A stretch of 64,000 nucleotides of DNA from Candidatus Poribacteria bacterium (lineage in GTDB: Bacteria > Poribacteria > WGA-4E > PCPOR2b), in contig OZ242351.1 in NCBI GenBank assembly GCA_965208675.1, positions 2,560,001 through 2,624,000 on the forward strand, in the 5' to 3' direction. A program made the position numbers and the translations under genes. Of the stretch, positions 19,020 to 28,193 are shown in pieces. Numbering within the stretch: position 1 is the first letter of the stretch; each line of letters starts with the position of its first letter. The notes under the pieces were generated by a model, which ran no database searches, had not been told where the DNA came from, and saw only the letters and a list, made by a program, of their open reading frames with translations.

Positions 19020-20360
19020 TTGCAATCAATCGAAACTGACGTTCAGATTCTTGGCGGCGGCCCTGCGGGGTTGGCGGCGGGGTATTATGCCAAACAGCGC
19101 GGCATCAATTTTGCTCTCGTTGAGGCTAGTGCACATGTCGGCGGAAATTGCCGCACACTCCGGGCAGGCGGCTTCCGATTCGATACCGGCGCCCACCGAT
19201 TCCACGATAAAGACCGCGAAGTCACGAGCGAGGTCAAAAAACTTCTGGGCGACGCGCTACTCCGCGTCGAAGCGCCAAGTGAGATTTTTTTCGAGGGGCA
19301 GTTCGTCCAGTTTCCGCTCACATTGACTAATTTGGTGAAGAAACTGGATGCCAAAACCTTGCTAAAAATCGCTTGTGATACACCGGGCGCTGGCCGAGGA
19401 ATATCCGCAGACAACTTCGGGAGGTTTGCGGTCAATCAGTACGGAAAGACATTAGCAGAACGCTTCCTGCTCAACTATTCTCAAAAACTGTGGGGAGAGC
19501 CGCCGCACAAGCTATCTACAGCCGTCTCCGGCAGCAGATTAAACGGATTGGACATCAAAAATTTTATCCGTTCCACCGTCATGGGCGATGTTCAACAGCC
19601 GAGCCATCTGGACGGTTCTTTCCTTTATCCAAGGTACGGCATCGGGATGATTGCAGAAAAAATGCGGGATTTTATTGGAGACCGATGCATCAGAACCAAC
19701 AGCCGAGTGAGCCGCTTAGTTCACAAGAACGGCAAAATCGAACAAATCATATTAAATGGCGGCGATGACGAGTTGCGAGCCACGAAGCTTGTCAACACAT
19801 TGCCATTGACGCTTACAACGAAAATTCTAGACCCGCCGCCGCCGCCGGAGCTTCTAGATGTCGCGAATTCAATCAAATTCAGAAATCTGGTGCTCTGCGT
19901 ATTTTGCTTGAACCGCAACTCCTTTTCGCCTAACGCCTCGCTCTATTTCCCAAGCGAATCGTTTCCTTTTACGCGGCTTTATGAACCAAAAAACCGAAGC
20001 CTTCACATGGCCCCGCAAGGTCAGACGGCAATAGTGCTTGAACTGCCGTGTTACAACCGTGATGCGTTGTGGCGTATGTCGGACAAAGCACGAAAAGCCC
20101 TGGTTTGGAAGGCTTTACAGCATGTTAAACCGATTGCAACTGAAGAAATTCTCTGTTATCGCTCTTATAAGTTGCCTTTTGCTTATCCGGTACTTGAGGT
20201 TGGGTTTGACGAAAACATAAGGCGCTTGATCGATTACCTTGAGGCATTTGAGAATCTATATCTGACAGGCAGAAGCGCGCTCTTTCGCTATCTGCATCTC
20301 CACGACCTGTTTAAAGCGGGGAAAGCGTTGGCAAATCGAATCGTAACGGTGTCCGATTAG
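19020..20360 (+). CDS. FAD-dependent oxidoreductase (UDP-galactopyranose mutase/protoporphyrinogen oxidase-like)
   Basis: GGGPAGL, GGNCRT, FDTGAHRFH, FLYPRYG, AYPV, GR..LFRY. Confidence 0.8.
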   Translation: MQSIETDVQILGGGPAGLAAGYYAKQRGINFALVEASAHVGGNCRTLRAGGFRFDTGAHRFHDKDREVTSEVKKLLGDALLRVEAPSEIFFEGQFVQFPLTLTNLVKKLDAKTLLKIACDTPGAGRGISADNFGRFAVNQYGKTLAERFLLNYSQKLWGEPPHKLSTAVSGSRLNGLDIKNFIRSTVMGDVQQPSHLDGSFLYPRYGIGMIAEKMRDFIGDRCIRTNSRVSRLVHKNGKIEQIILNGGDDELRATKLVNTLPLTLTTKILDPPPPPELLDVANSIKFRNLVLCVFCLNRNSFSPNASLYFPSESFPFTRLYEPKNRSLHMAPQGQTAIVLELPCYNRDALWRMSDKARKALVWKALQHVKPIATEEILCYRSYKLPFAYPVLEVGFDENIRRLIDYLEAFENLYLTGRSALFRYLHLHDLFKAGKALANRIVTVSD

Positions 20361-20431
20361 GGAACCGCGATGATCACTTAAAGATTGTATTATACATACT
20401 AGGAGGAATGTAGTTATTTCATTTCACAATC

Positions 20432-20800
20432 ATGAGTTATAGTGCAGATTTAAGGAAACGAGTTGTCAGTTATGTTAAAGCTGGCGGCAGCAAAATCGAA
20501 GCCGCTCGCCGATTCGATATCAGTCGAAGGACGGTGTACAATTGGTTAGCGTCAGTCAACCTGCCGCCTAAACCGCGGGCGCCGCACGCCCGTAAATTTG
20601 ACATTGGCGCTTTACGGCGTCACGTAAAGGATTATCCTGATGCCATACTCTCAGAACGCGCTCAACAGTTCGGCGTATCCATAAGTACGATATGGTATCA
20701 TTTGAATCAGATGAATTTATGCAGGCGAAACCATCAGCATATCAATAAAAACATCACTGCAACCGAGACAAGTCTTGCCGTGAATACCGTAACCGATTAG
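20432..20800 (+). pseudogene. IS630-family transposase N-terminal HTH fragment (no DDE part)
   Basis: MSYSADLRKRVV...EAARRF.ISRRTVYNW...PDAILSERA. Confidence 0.75.
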
Positions 20801-20949
20801 ATTTAAAGCCAGGGGAGATGCCATCCATGTTCGTGCGTGGAAATTTGACTCAACTACTTAACGAAGTGCGGCACGACGCCATCATAAGACAACGAGGCAT
20901 CGCATTGGGAGAAACTGACGCCGCCGCATGGTACATTTTTAAAAATGGC

Positions 20950-20970
20950 TGATACTGAGACTCATTTGCA
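20950..20970. promoter_or_regulatory. Fur-like operator 4
   Basis: TGATACTGAGACTCATTTGCA. Confidence 0.7.
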
Positions 20971-20987
20971 TAAATCAGACCTAATAT

Positions 20988-21107
20988 AACAGAAAAGGCG
21001 AACGATAGATATAGGGAAGAACTCGCAACGTCCAATTGTTAGCCGCATTCCCTATCCCTATCGGATTCATAAATTGGGGCTTTTTTGCGCCCACCGCCCT
21101 TTCTGTT
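20988..21107 (-). ncRNA. Candidate structured ncRNA, copy B (~120 nt)
   Basis: Terminal stem AACAGAAAAGGCG/CGCCCTTTCTGTT; inner stem CGATAGATATAGGGAA/TTCCCTATCCCTATCG; conserved loops shared with copy A. Confidence 0.7.
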
Positions 21108-21113
21108 CCCATT

Positions 21114-21143
21114 AGGATAAGCCAGTCGCTTTGAGATTGTCAA
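21114..21143 (-). promoter_or_regulatory. Minus-strand sigma70-like promoter for ncRNA copy B
   Basis: TTGACA-18-TATCCT, 6-7 nt before the stem start. Confidence 0.65.
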
Positions 21144-21170
21144 GAATTTTGCCTAGGAGGAAATCTATAA

Positions 21171-23117
21171 ATGACGTTGCACACCCAAATTTTGATGGGG
21201 GTTTTCGCCATCTTCGCCATTGGGGAAATAACTTTAAAGACAGGCCCCAAATCTGCCTATGCCTTCGATTCAACTGAGTTAACCAATGACATTTTTAAGA
21301 TGGACGAGATTGTCATCACCGGTACAAAAACCGAGCGTCAATTGAAAAATACACCTATTATCACCGAGATTATCACGCGCAGCGAAATCGAAGCAACAGG
21401 TGCAGAGAACATCGGAGAGGCGTTAGAGCATCGAGTGGGTGTCGTTGTCAATCGTGACGCCCACGGCGACGGAGTTCAACTGCAAGGGCTAGATTCGGAT
21501 TACATCCTAATTCTGGTCGACGGCGAACCGCAGGTTGGGCGAATCGCCGGCAAACTGGATCTTGCGCGTATGACAGTCGAAAATGTTGAACGGATCGAGA
21601 TTGTCAAAGGCGCATCGTCTGCGCTCTTCGGCAGCGCCGCGATGGGGGGCGTAATCAACGTTATCACGCGAAAAATATCATCGCCGTTTACTGCTCAATT
21701 CACCAACAACTTCGGGAACCACAACACCATTGACAGCCGTAGCACGGTTGGGTTGAATCGCGGCAAGTTCAACGGGTTAATGACGGTTACTGCAAACCGC
21801 CGAAACCCAATCGACCTGGACAAGTCAGACCTTACGACAACGATTGACGGCTATCAAAACTGGACCCACTCGGCGCGAACTGAGTATCAACTGACCCCAA
21901 AATCAACCCTCCTGTTTTCGGGGCAATATTTTGCCCAAAATCAGGACGGTGTCAGCGAAAGAGAGGGCGCCGTTTTTGACCGGCTCGGCGACATTGACAA
22001 CTTCAGCGGCAGCGTCGGCACGGAATATCAAGTCGGATCCCGCTCAAAGTTGATGGGCAAAATTTACGGCACGCGGTACCGCGATGAATCCACGGTTATC
22101 GACCGCGGCGCATCGCTCACCGCGTCATCAAATGTCACAATTCAAGACCTAATCAAGGGCGAAGTGCAATATGACGCCGCTCTCGGTTCAAAAAATCAAC
22201 TGACCGTTGGCGCAGAACTGATATTTGAAAATCTCGAATCGAAACGCATCACGGGCGGCGAAAAGGACATCACAACCGACTCGCTGTTTTTCCAAAACGA
22301 ATTTCGACCAATGGCAAAACTGTCGATTGTCTTGGGCGGACGGTTTGACAATCACTCCGAATTTGGAACACATTTCAGTCCAAAGTTGAGCGGGATGTAT
22401 CACGTGACACCTAATCTAACGATGCGTACCTCCTTCGGTGAAGGTTTTCGCGCCCCTGACTTCAAAGACCTATATCTCGATTTCAGCAATGTGACATCCG
22501 GGTATCAGGTGCTTGGAAATCCGGACTTACAACCGGAGTCGTCGGGCAACTGGAATCTTGGAGTTGAATACCTATTCAAGTCCTCAATTCGCGGACGGGC
22601 GCACCTGTATCGAAACAACCTAAACAACCTTATTGAAGCGGAACGGATCGGGACAAGCGTGCTTGGTGGGAGTAAGTTTCAGTATTTTAATGTCAGCGAG
22701 GCATTCACTGAAGGGCTTGAAGTCGAATTCTCGACCCGCTCAATTAGGGGATGTGCCGCCTCAATCGGCTATGCATATCTCAACGGCGAGGACAAGGAGA
22801 CCGGTATGGCGCTGCTGAACCGATCAAAGCATAGCGGTAACCTCAAGCTCGTTTACATGAACCCGGACGCCGGTGTCAACCTTGACCTGCGCGGGCGTTA
22901 CGCCAGTAAGTGGGGTTTTTACGACGACGGTGACAAGGTACTTGAAGATGAGGAGTATGCGCCAAGCAACTGGATATGGAACATTCGGGCGTCGAAGCAG
23001 GTCATCAAATGGTTAAAAGCCTCGTTCGGAATCAACAACATCTTCGACTTCAAAATTCCGACCTTTTATCCCTTTTCCGGGCGGTCATTTTACGGCGGTT
23101 TGTCGCTAAATTACTGA
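21171..23117 (+). CDS. TonB-dependent receptor, probably heme (HmuR-like)
   Basis: TonB box DEIVITGT, VERIEIVKG..S.LFGS.AMGGVIN, GFRAP, GNPDLQPE; adjacent to HmuY. Confidence 0.9.
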   Translation: MTLHTQILMGVFAIFAIGEITLKTGPKSAYAFDSTELTNDIFKMDEIVITGTKTERQLKNTPIITEIITRSEIEATGAENIGEALEHRVGVVVNRDAHGDGVQLQGLDSDYILILVDGEPQVGRIAGKLDLARMTVENVERIEIVKGASSALFGSAAMGGVINVITRKISSPFTAQFTNNFGNHNTIDSRSTVGLNRGKFNGLMTVTANRRNPIDLDKSDLTTTIDGYQNWTHSARTEYQLTPKSTLLFSGQYFAQNQDGVSEREGAVFDRLGDIDNFSGSVGTEYQVGSRSKLMGKIYGTRYRDESTVIDRGASLTASSNVTIQDLIKGEVQYDAALGSKNQLTVGAELIFENLESKRITGGEKDITTDSLFFQNEFRPMAKLSIVLGGRFDNHSEFGTHFSPKLSGMYHVTPNLTMRTSFGEGFRAPDFKDLYLDFSNVTSGYQVLGNPDLQPESSGNWNLGVEYLFKSSIRGRAHLYRNNLNNLIEAERIGTSVLGGSKFQYFNVSEAFTEGLEVEFSTRSIRGCAASIGYAYLNGEDKETGMALLNRSKHSGNLKLVYMNPDAGVNLDLRGRYASKWGFYDDGDKVLEDEEYAPSNWIWNIRASKQVIKWLKASFGINNIFDFKIPTFYPFSGRSFYGGLSLNY

Positions 23118-23365
23118 GCCATGATTCTCAACGTTGGACACTGCGTCTCTGACAACTCTCTTATCGGGTAGAGAGTGGTCTGAAAAAACCAACCCAACTT
23201 GTAGCTTGGCAATCGTTACGCGTGGAATTTGCTTCACGTTGCTTCTCAATTTTTGCATACGATTTCTGTCGCCAGCACATCGCTCCCGCGGGACTTGACA
23301 CCCAAGGGTGTGCGCTGTTGACAGTTGCTAACCTTAATCCAAAAACATTAAAAGGATATCAGGTA

Positions 23366-23995
23366 ATGAAGAAGATTAGGTTTCTCTTAACACCGATATT
23401 CATCTGCACAATAATTTTCGGCGTGGTACCGGCTGATGCGAAAGTTCACAGCGCAACCGTCACCATTGACGCCACGAGCCGCGAGGCGTGGACATTTTTC
23501 AGCTTCTCAACAGGTAAGCCGGTCGAAGTTGAACACCATTCATCCTCAATAAATTGGGACCTCGGTTTCCAAAGGACAATGGTGATTGTCAACGGTGGTG
23601 CCAGCGGTCCCGGTGAAGGCACCGTCCTAATATTAGAAGGTGTTCAATTTGAAGATGTTGTCGCTGCGCCGGAAGGCGTCTACGTACCGGATACCGACCA
23701 GATTGCCACGATTGCACGGGGAGACGGTTGGTACACCTACACCGGTCCCCCAAATCACTTGGTTCTGCCCAACGATCGGGTCTACGTGCTGCAAACCGCA
23801 GCCGGGCTGTTCGCAAAGTTGCGCTTTATCGGCTATTACAGCGACAACGAAGCCAAGGAAGGCTCTGGTAATATCACCATCGAGTATGCCTTCCAAGACG
23901 ACGGCAGCCGCAGTTTCCAGACGTCTGCTCAAACCTCAGTCGAAGCGAAAGCGAAACTCGTAACGACATGGGCGCGGCTTAAGTTCGGTAGTTGA
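23366..23995 (+). CDS. hmuY: HmuY-family heme-binding protein with C-terminal VEAKAKLVTTWARLK tag
   Basis: TIDATSREAW.FFSF, WDLGFQR, NGG.SGPG.G, GWY.Y, AKLRF..YY. Confidence 0.8.
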   Translation: MKKIRFLLTPIFICTIIFGVVPADAKVHSATVTIDATSREAWTFFSFSTGKPVEVEHHSSSINWDLGFQRTMVIVNGGASGPGEGTVLILEGVQFEDVVAAPEGVYVPDTDQIATIARGDGWYTYTGPPNHLVLPNDRVYVLQTAAGLFAKLRFIGYYSDNEAKEGSGNITIEYAFQDDGSRSFQTSAQTSVEAKAKLVTTWARLKFGS

Positions 23996-24265
23996 TTCGC
24001 CGACAGATGAACCTTATATGCTTGCTCGCCGCCAATTTGCTGCCGCGGCGAGCAAGATTAGCGAACTTTACTCTATTTAATGTTGTACTCGTAAGGTCTA
24101 CCAATTGCCAACCCAAGACTCCCAAGCTAGTTTGGGTTGTGGACGAGCGTGAAGCTTGTATTGGCAAGTCATGCGTAACGTCAAGGAAATTATTCCCTAC
24201 CATTACGCATTACGCTTTACTCATTATTCACTACACAGCAATCAATTTTGCCAAGAGAATAAAAG

Positions 24266-24766
24266 ATGACTTTCAGCATATCTCGCCTCATTGGAATAAC
24301 CGGTTTCGGTGCGATTGCACTCACCGGTACTTTGATTGCGCTCACGCCTTTATTGCAGCAGTCATGCTGGTTAATCTATTCGCGTTCACTTCTGCTCGCA
24401 AACGGTGCGTTTGCATGCGCGTGCGCCGCATCGGCATTCTACCTCATCCAAGAACGCCAACTCAAACGTAAGCGGTTTCTCACGGCATTTAAACACCTGC
24501 CGGCGCTTGAGCGGTTGGACACGCTTTGTCATCAAGGCGTGATTATCGGGCTGTCGCTATCGATTCTTGGACTGTTCGCTGTTTTAAGATGGCACGCCAG
24601 TTATCACAACGACTGGTCGCACCAAGTGTCCGGCGTGAGTGGTGTGTGTCTGCTCTATCTGTTTCACCTGTTTATTCGCTTCGTTCTACGTCGGCGCGGA
24701 AAAACGCTTGCGTATTTTTCAATCACTTGCATTTCAATTCTGCTGCTTTTACACCTATCTTCCTAA
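24266..24766 (+). CDS. Short CcsA/HemX/YpjD-like cytochrome c assembly membrane protein
   Basis: FYLIQERQLKRK...LPALERLD motif, several TM helices. Confidence 0.6.
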   Translation: MTFSISRLIGITGFGAIALTGTLIALTPLLQQSCWLIYSRSLLLANGAFACACAASAFYLIQERQLKRKRFLTAFKHLPALERLDTLCHQGVIIGLSLSILGLFAVLRWHASYHNDWSHQVSGVSGVCLLYLFHLFIRFVLRRRGKTLAYFSITCISILLLLHLSS

Positions 24767-24819
24767 TAGCAGGGAGATGTACATTTACTCAACCCTCAAA
24801 CTATCTAGAAAGGTAAAAA

Positions 24820-25035
24820 ATGCATCACACGAAAGAGTTTCGGTCGAGTAACAACATCTGTTGCGTTTATCAATGCCTTGAGGGGCATATTCACTTCAAA
24901 TACCGCGGGATTGACATTGCGATGACTCCCAAAGATTTCTACGATGTTGCAGATACTATCGCGGAAGCCATGTTAACTTTAAAGGACGACAATACAAAAA
25001 CTCTAACGGACGCGGGTCATCCGATTGCTGTTTAA
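24820..25035 (+). CDS. Small Cys/His-rich hypothetical protein
   Basis: AAAGG RBS; CCVYQCLEGHIHF. Confidence 0.6.
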   Translation: MHHTKEFRSSNNICCVYQCLEGHIHFKYRGIDIAMTPKDFYDVADTIAEAMLTLKDDNTKTLTDAGHPIAV

Positions 25036-25067
25036 CCCGTTATTTCAATTGATCGATAGGGGGTATT

Positions 25068-25742
25068 ATGAATGCCTTTAGAGATGTCGCCGTTTGGCGG
25101 CTAATCTTCTGGTCGGTTATGATTGTTGGGGTTGTTTTCTTATTCGGTTGCGGTAATGATGACAACGACACACCTGAGCAACCACTCAAGGAACAGTTGC
25201 CTGAAACTATGACCCCGCCGCCAACTAATCAAACTCCCGTCGAGGTCGAACCGCAACTCGACGTTGTCACCTTCACCATTGATGCGACCAATAGAGAAGC
25301 GTGGTCGTATTTTTCCTTCGCCACGAATGATGTTATAGAAGTGGCAGACCCGGAAAATTCAGCGGATTGGGACCTCGGATTTCAACGGACAAAGGTAAAA
25401 CTCAATGGCGGTGTCAGCGGCCCGGGAAAGGGCGCCGCTGTTATGCTCAAAGATGTGGAGTTTGAGGGTGTGAAAGAAGCGCCTGCCGATGGGTACATTG
25501 CAGATTCCGCGGATACATTAGCGATCGCCGCACAGAGCGAGAAGGGATGGTACATTTACACCGGACCGCCCAACCACTGGGTTTTGCCGCTTGATAATCG
25601 CGTGTTCATTGTTCAAGCGGCGGACGGTACATTTGCTAAAGTTCGGTTCATCGGTTACTACAAGGACAATGAAAATAAAAAGGACAGCGGTTTTGTTACC
25701 TTTGAATATGTCCATCAACCCGATGGAAGCCTAAATTTCTAA
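25068..25742 (+). CDS. hmuY: HmuY-family lipoprotein
   Basis: Lipobox LFGC; paralog of 23366-23995 (WDLGFQR, NGGVSGPG, GWYIYTGPPNH). Confidence 0.82.
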   Translation: MNAFRDVAVWRLIFWSVMIVGVVFLFGCGNDDNDTPEQPLKEQLPETMTPPPTNQTPVEVEPQLDVVTFTIDATNREAWSYFSFATNDVIEVADPENSADWDLGFQRTKVKLNGGVSGPGKGAAVMLKDVEFEGVKEAPADGYIADSADTLAIAAQSEKGWYIYTGPPNHWVLPLDNRVFIVQAADGTFAKVRFIGYYKDNENKKDSGFVTFEYVHQPDGSLNF

Positions 25743-25902
25743 CTCGGGCGCAAACGACCGGTCTAGACCGCAACGAGTTTGTACTGCGTCTCACACTGCT
25801 CTGGTAGAAACCGAGTTTTTTTCCAAAACTCGGTTTCTACTCACCATCGCTCGACAGAAGTGGTCAATTATTATATCCCACTTTCAACACAAGGAGTCAA
25901 AA

Positions 25903-26820
25903 TTGAAAATGCGGCATCTCGCAATACTGTTCTGTCTGGTTGCATCAATCGTCAATGCAGAACCGGTGGAAGTTTCGGACGCCCACGGCGAAACGATAGT
26001 CGTCAACTCATCCGAGCGCATCGTTTCGCTCAACGGCAGTACCACTGAGATTCTCTTTGCGCTCGGCGCCGGCGAAAATGTCGTTGGCTGTGATGCATCT
26101 TCCACCTATCCAAAACATGTTAAGGAATCCTTGCCGTCGATCGGTTATCAGTATCGGCTAAACGCAGAAGGGATTCTCGCCCTTAATCCGACGTTAGTCA
26201 TCGGCCGCGCAAATGTGAAACCGCCTCAAGTCGTCGATCAGCTGCGCATGGCGGGCGTAACTGTGCTGCTGCTCAAAGAACCGAGAACATTCGACGAAGC
26301 CACGCAACGTCTGCGCAAAATCGGAAAGGCGGTCGGTCGTGAGGAGCGCGCAACAGAATTAATCTCGGCGTTGGACGAGGACATTGAAACGTTGAATTCA
26401 AAGCTTGCCGCACGGGAAGGCAAGGAAAAACTGAAAGTGTTGTTTCTATATTTGCGAGGTCCGCAAACCGCTTTTGTGCTCGGCAAGAATTCCGGTCCCG
26501 GCGCAATGCTTGAACTTGCCGGAGCAACCAACGCCTCCGGAAAGATCAAGGACTCCAAACCGATGACGGCGGAGGCGGTTATCGCCGCACAACCGGATGT
26601 GTACGTGCTGTTTGAATCCGGGTTGAAATCTATCGGCGGCGTCGAAGGGTTGCTCGAAGTGCCCGGTTTGGCACAGACGCCCGCCGGACGAAACAAGCGA
26701 GTGGTTGCAATGGATGGATTGTATTTGTCCGGATTCGGCCCCCGCTGCGGGCGGGCAGCCCTTGACCTATTCCGCGGCATCTACGAATCTCAAGGACTTT
26801 TCAACTCAAAGAGGGAGTAG
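25903..26820 (+). CDS. hmuT: Hemin ABC transporter substrate-binding protein
   Basis: RIVSL.G.TEI.FALG, D.SS.YP, GYQYRLNAEGILAL.P, TPAG...R, GFGPR. Confidence 0.85.
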   Translation: MKMRHLAILFCLVASIVNAEPVEVSDAHGETIVVNSSERIVSLNGSTTEILFALGAGENVVGCDASSTYPKHVKESLPSIGYQYRLNAEGILALNPTLVIGRANVKPPQVVDQLRMAGVTVLLLKEPRTFDEATQRLRKIGKAVGREERATELISALDEDIETLNSKLAAREGKEKLKVLFLYLRGPQTAFVLGKNSGPGAMLELAGATNASGKIKDSKPMTAEAVIAAQPDVYVLFESGLKSIGGVEGLLEVPGLAQTPAGRNKRVVAMDGLYLSGFGPRCGRAALDLFRGIYESQGLFNSKRE

Positions 26821-26956
26821 TTCGGTTGCAACTCGCCATCGTCCATAGTCATTGCGGCTAAAAATTAGACATTTACTCATTGGTTTGTGGGAGAGGCTTC
26901 CTAGCCTCGATCATCTATCAGTCGATTCCTACTTGTGTAAATATGAACCTAAACGA

Positions 26957-27162
26957 CTAGGTTCTGTTGACATTTCATCACAACTGAACAATCATAGGGG
27001 CAGTGCACAGCTCCAAGACGATTAGTAGGGGTTGGGTTACCCAACCCTCTATTCCCAAACATATCTGTATGGTTGGGAGTCTCCTGCCAGCGGTTAATCT
27101 GTGGGCGGGGTGACCCCGCCCCTACGGTTACGGAGGGATTCACACAAATGTCACCACGCCCT
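26957..27162. mobile_element. Second copy of the CTAG-ended MITE carrying a GTAG REP pair
   Basis: CTAGGTTCTGTTGACATTT left end; degenerate right end AAATGTCACCACGCCCTA; internal GTAGGGG...CCCCTAC. Confidence 0.55.
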
Positions 27163-27194
27163 ATAATACGGCTATGCATAACTATCGGTAAACC

Positions 27195-28193
27195 GTGACA
27201 AATCGAGCGCGAATCCTTTACACCCTCGGCAGCTTACTCCCAATCTCATTGTGCGTCGCCGCAGGAGTGGGAGCATACCAAATCCTTCCTTGGCGCATAC
27301 CTAGTGTCTTGCTATTCCGCGAAGACGGTTTTGATGTACTCATCTACGTCCGATTCCCCCGCGTCATCTTGTCCGCAATTGTCGGATCAGTCTTAGCCAT
27401 CTCCGGGGCGACGCTGCAAGGCATCTTCCGCAATCCGCTCGCAGATCCTGGACTAATTGGCGTAACTGCGGGAGCGGGTCTCGGCGCAGCGGTGTGGATT
27501 GTACTGATTGGGAGCGGGTTCTTTGGAATCTGGGGTGTGCCAATCGCGGCATTCGCCGGAGGCGTGATTGTAACGATTGCAGTCTGGAAAATCGCTCAAA
27601 CCCAAGGACAGGTTCTCACGGTAACCCTGTTACTCGCCGGGATAGCGCTCAACAGTTTCGCCGGGGCGGGCATCGGCATGATGACCTTCCTCGCTGACGA
27701 AGAACAGCTTCGGAGCCTTACCTTCTGGCTGCTCGGCGGATTTGGCGGGGCGACCTGGCGTGTGGTTGCGGTAACGCTTCCGGTGGCAACCGCAGGGGGA
27801 GTCGTGTTGTTTCGTTTGGCTCGCGCGCTTAACGCCATGAGCTTGGGCGAATCGGAAGCATATCATCTCGGGGTTTCGACCGAATCGCTGAAGCGATGGG
27901 CAGTCTTTGGCGTCGCACTGACTGCCGGTGCAGCCGTATCAGCCGCTGGCGGCATCGGTTTCGTAGGACTTGTCGTACCGCACCTGCTTCGCCTCATGGG
28001 CGGCGCCGACCATCGGTATGTGTTGCCCGGATCGGCGCTCGGCGGTGCGATACTGCTCGTATTGGCGGACCTGTTCGCGCGAACGGTTGCCATTCCCGCT
28101 GAACTGCCCGTTGGCGTAATCACCGCCTTGCTTGGGGGACCGTTTTTTCTCTGGCTATTGATGAGATTCAAAAAAGAGGTGGTATATGGTTGA
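27195..28193 (+). CDS. hmuU: Hemin ABC transporter permease (FecCD family)
   Basis: RFPR, QGIFRNPLADPG, GESEAYHLG, IGFVGLVVPH, ELPVG. Confidence 0.9.
   Translation: MTNRARILYTLGSLLPISLCVAAGVGAYQILPWRIPSVLLFREDGFDVLIYVRFPRVILSAIVGSVLAISGATLQGIFRNPLADPGLIGVTAGAGLGAAVWIVLIGSGFFGIWGVPIAAFAGGVIVTIAVWKIAQTQGQVLTVTLLLAGIALNSFAGAGIGMMTFLADEEQLRSLTFWLLGGFGGATWRVVAVTLPVATAGGVVLFRLARALNAMSLGESEAYHLGVSTESLKRWAVFGVALTAGAAVSAAGGIGFVGLVVPHLLRLMGGADHRYVLPGSALGGAILLVLADLFARTVAIPAELPVGVITALLGGPFFLWLLMRFKKEVVYG

Noticed and set aside
20988-21107. 6S RNA, SRP RNA or a simple MITE
   Set aside because: No two-sided central bubble and no SRP helix-8 motif. Conserved promoter and operator outside the inverted repeat, covarying stems and no target duplication argue against a MITE.
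23992-24471. 159-aa + strand ORF
   Set aside because: Runs through heptamer repeats and overlaps the CcsA-like gene in another frame.
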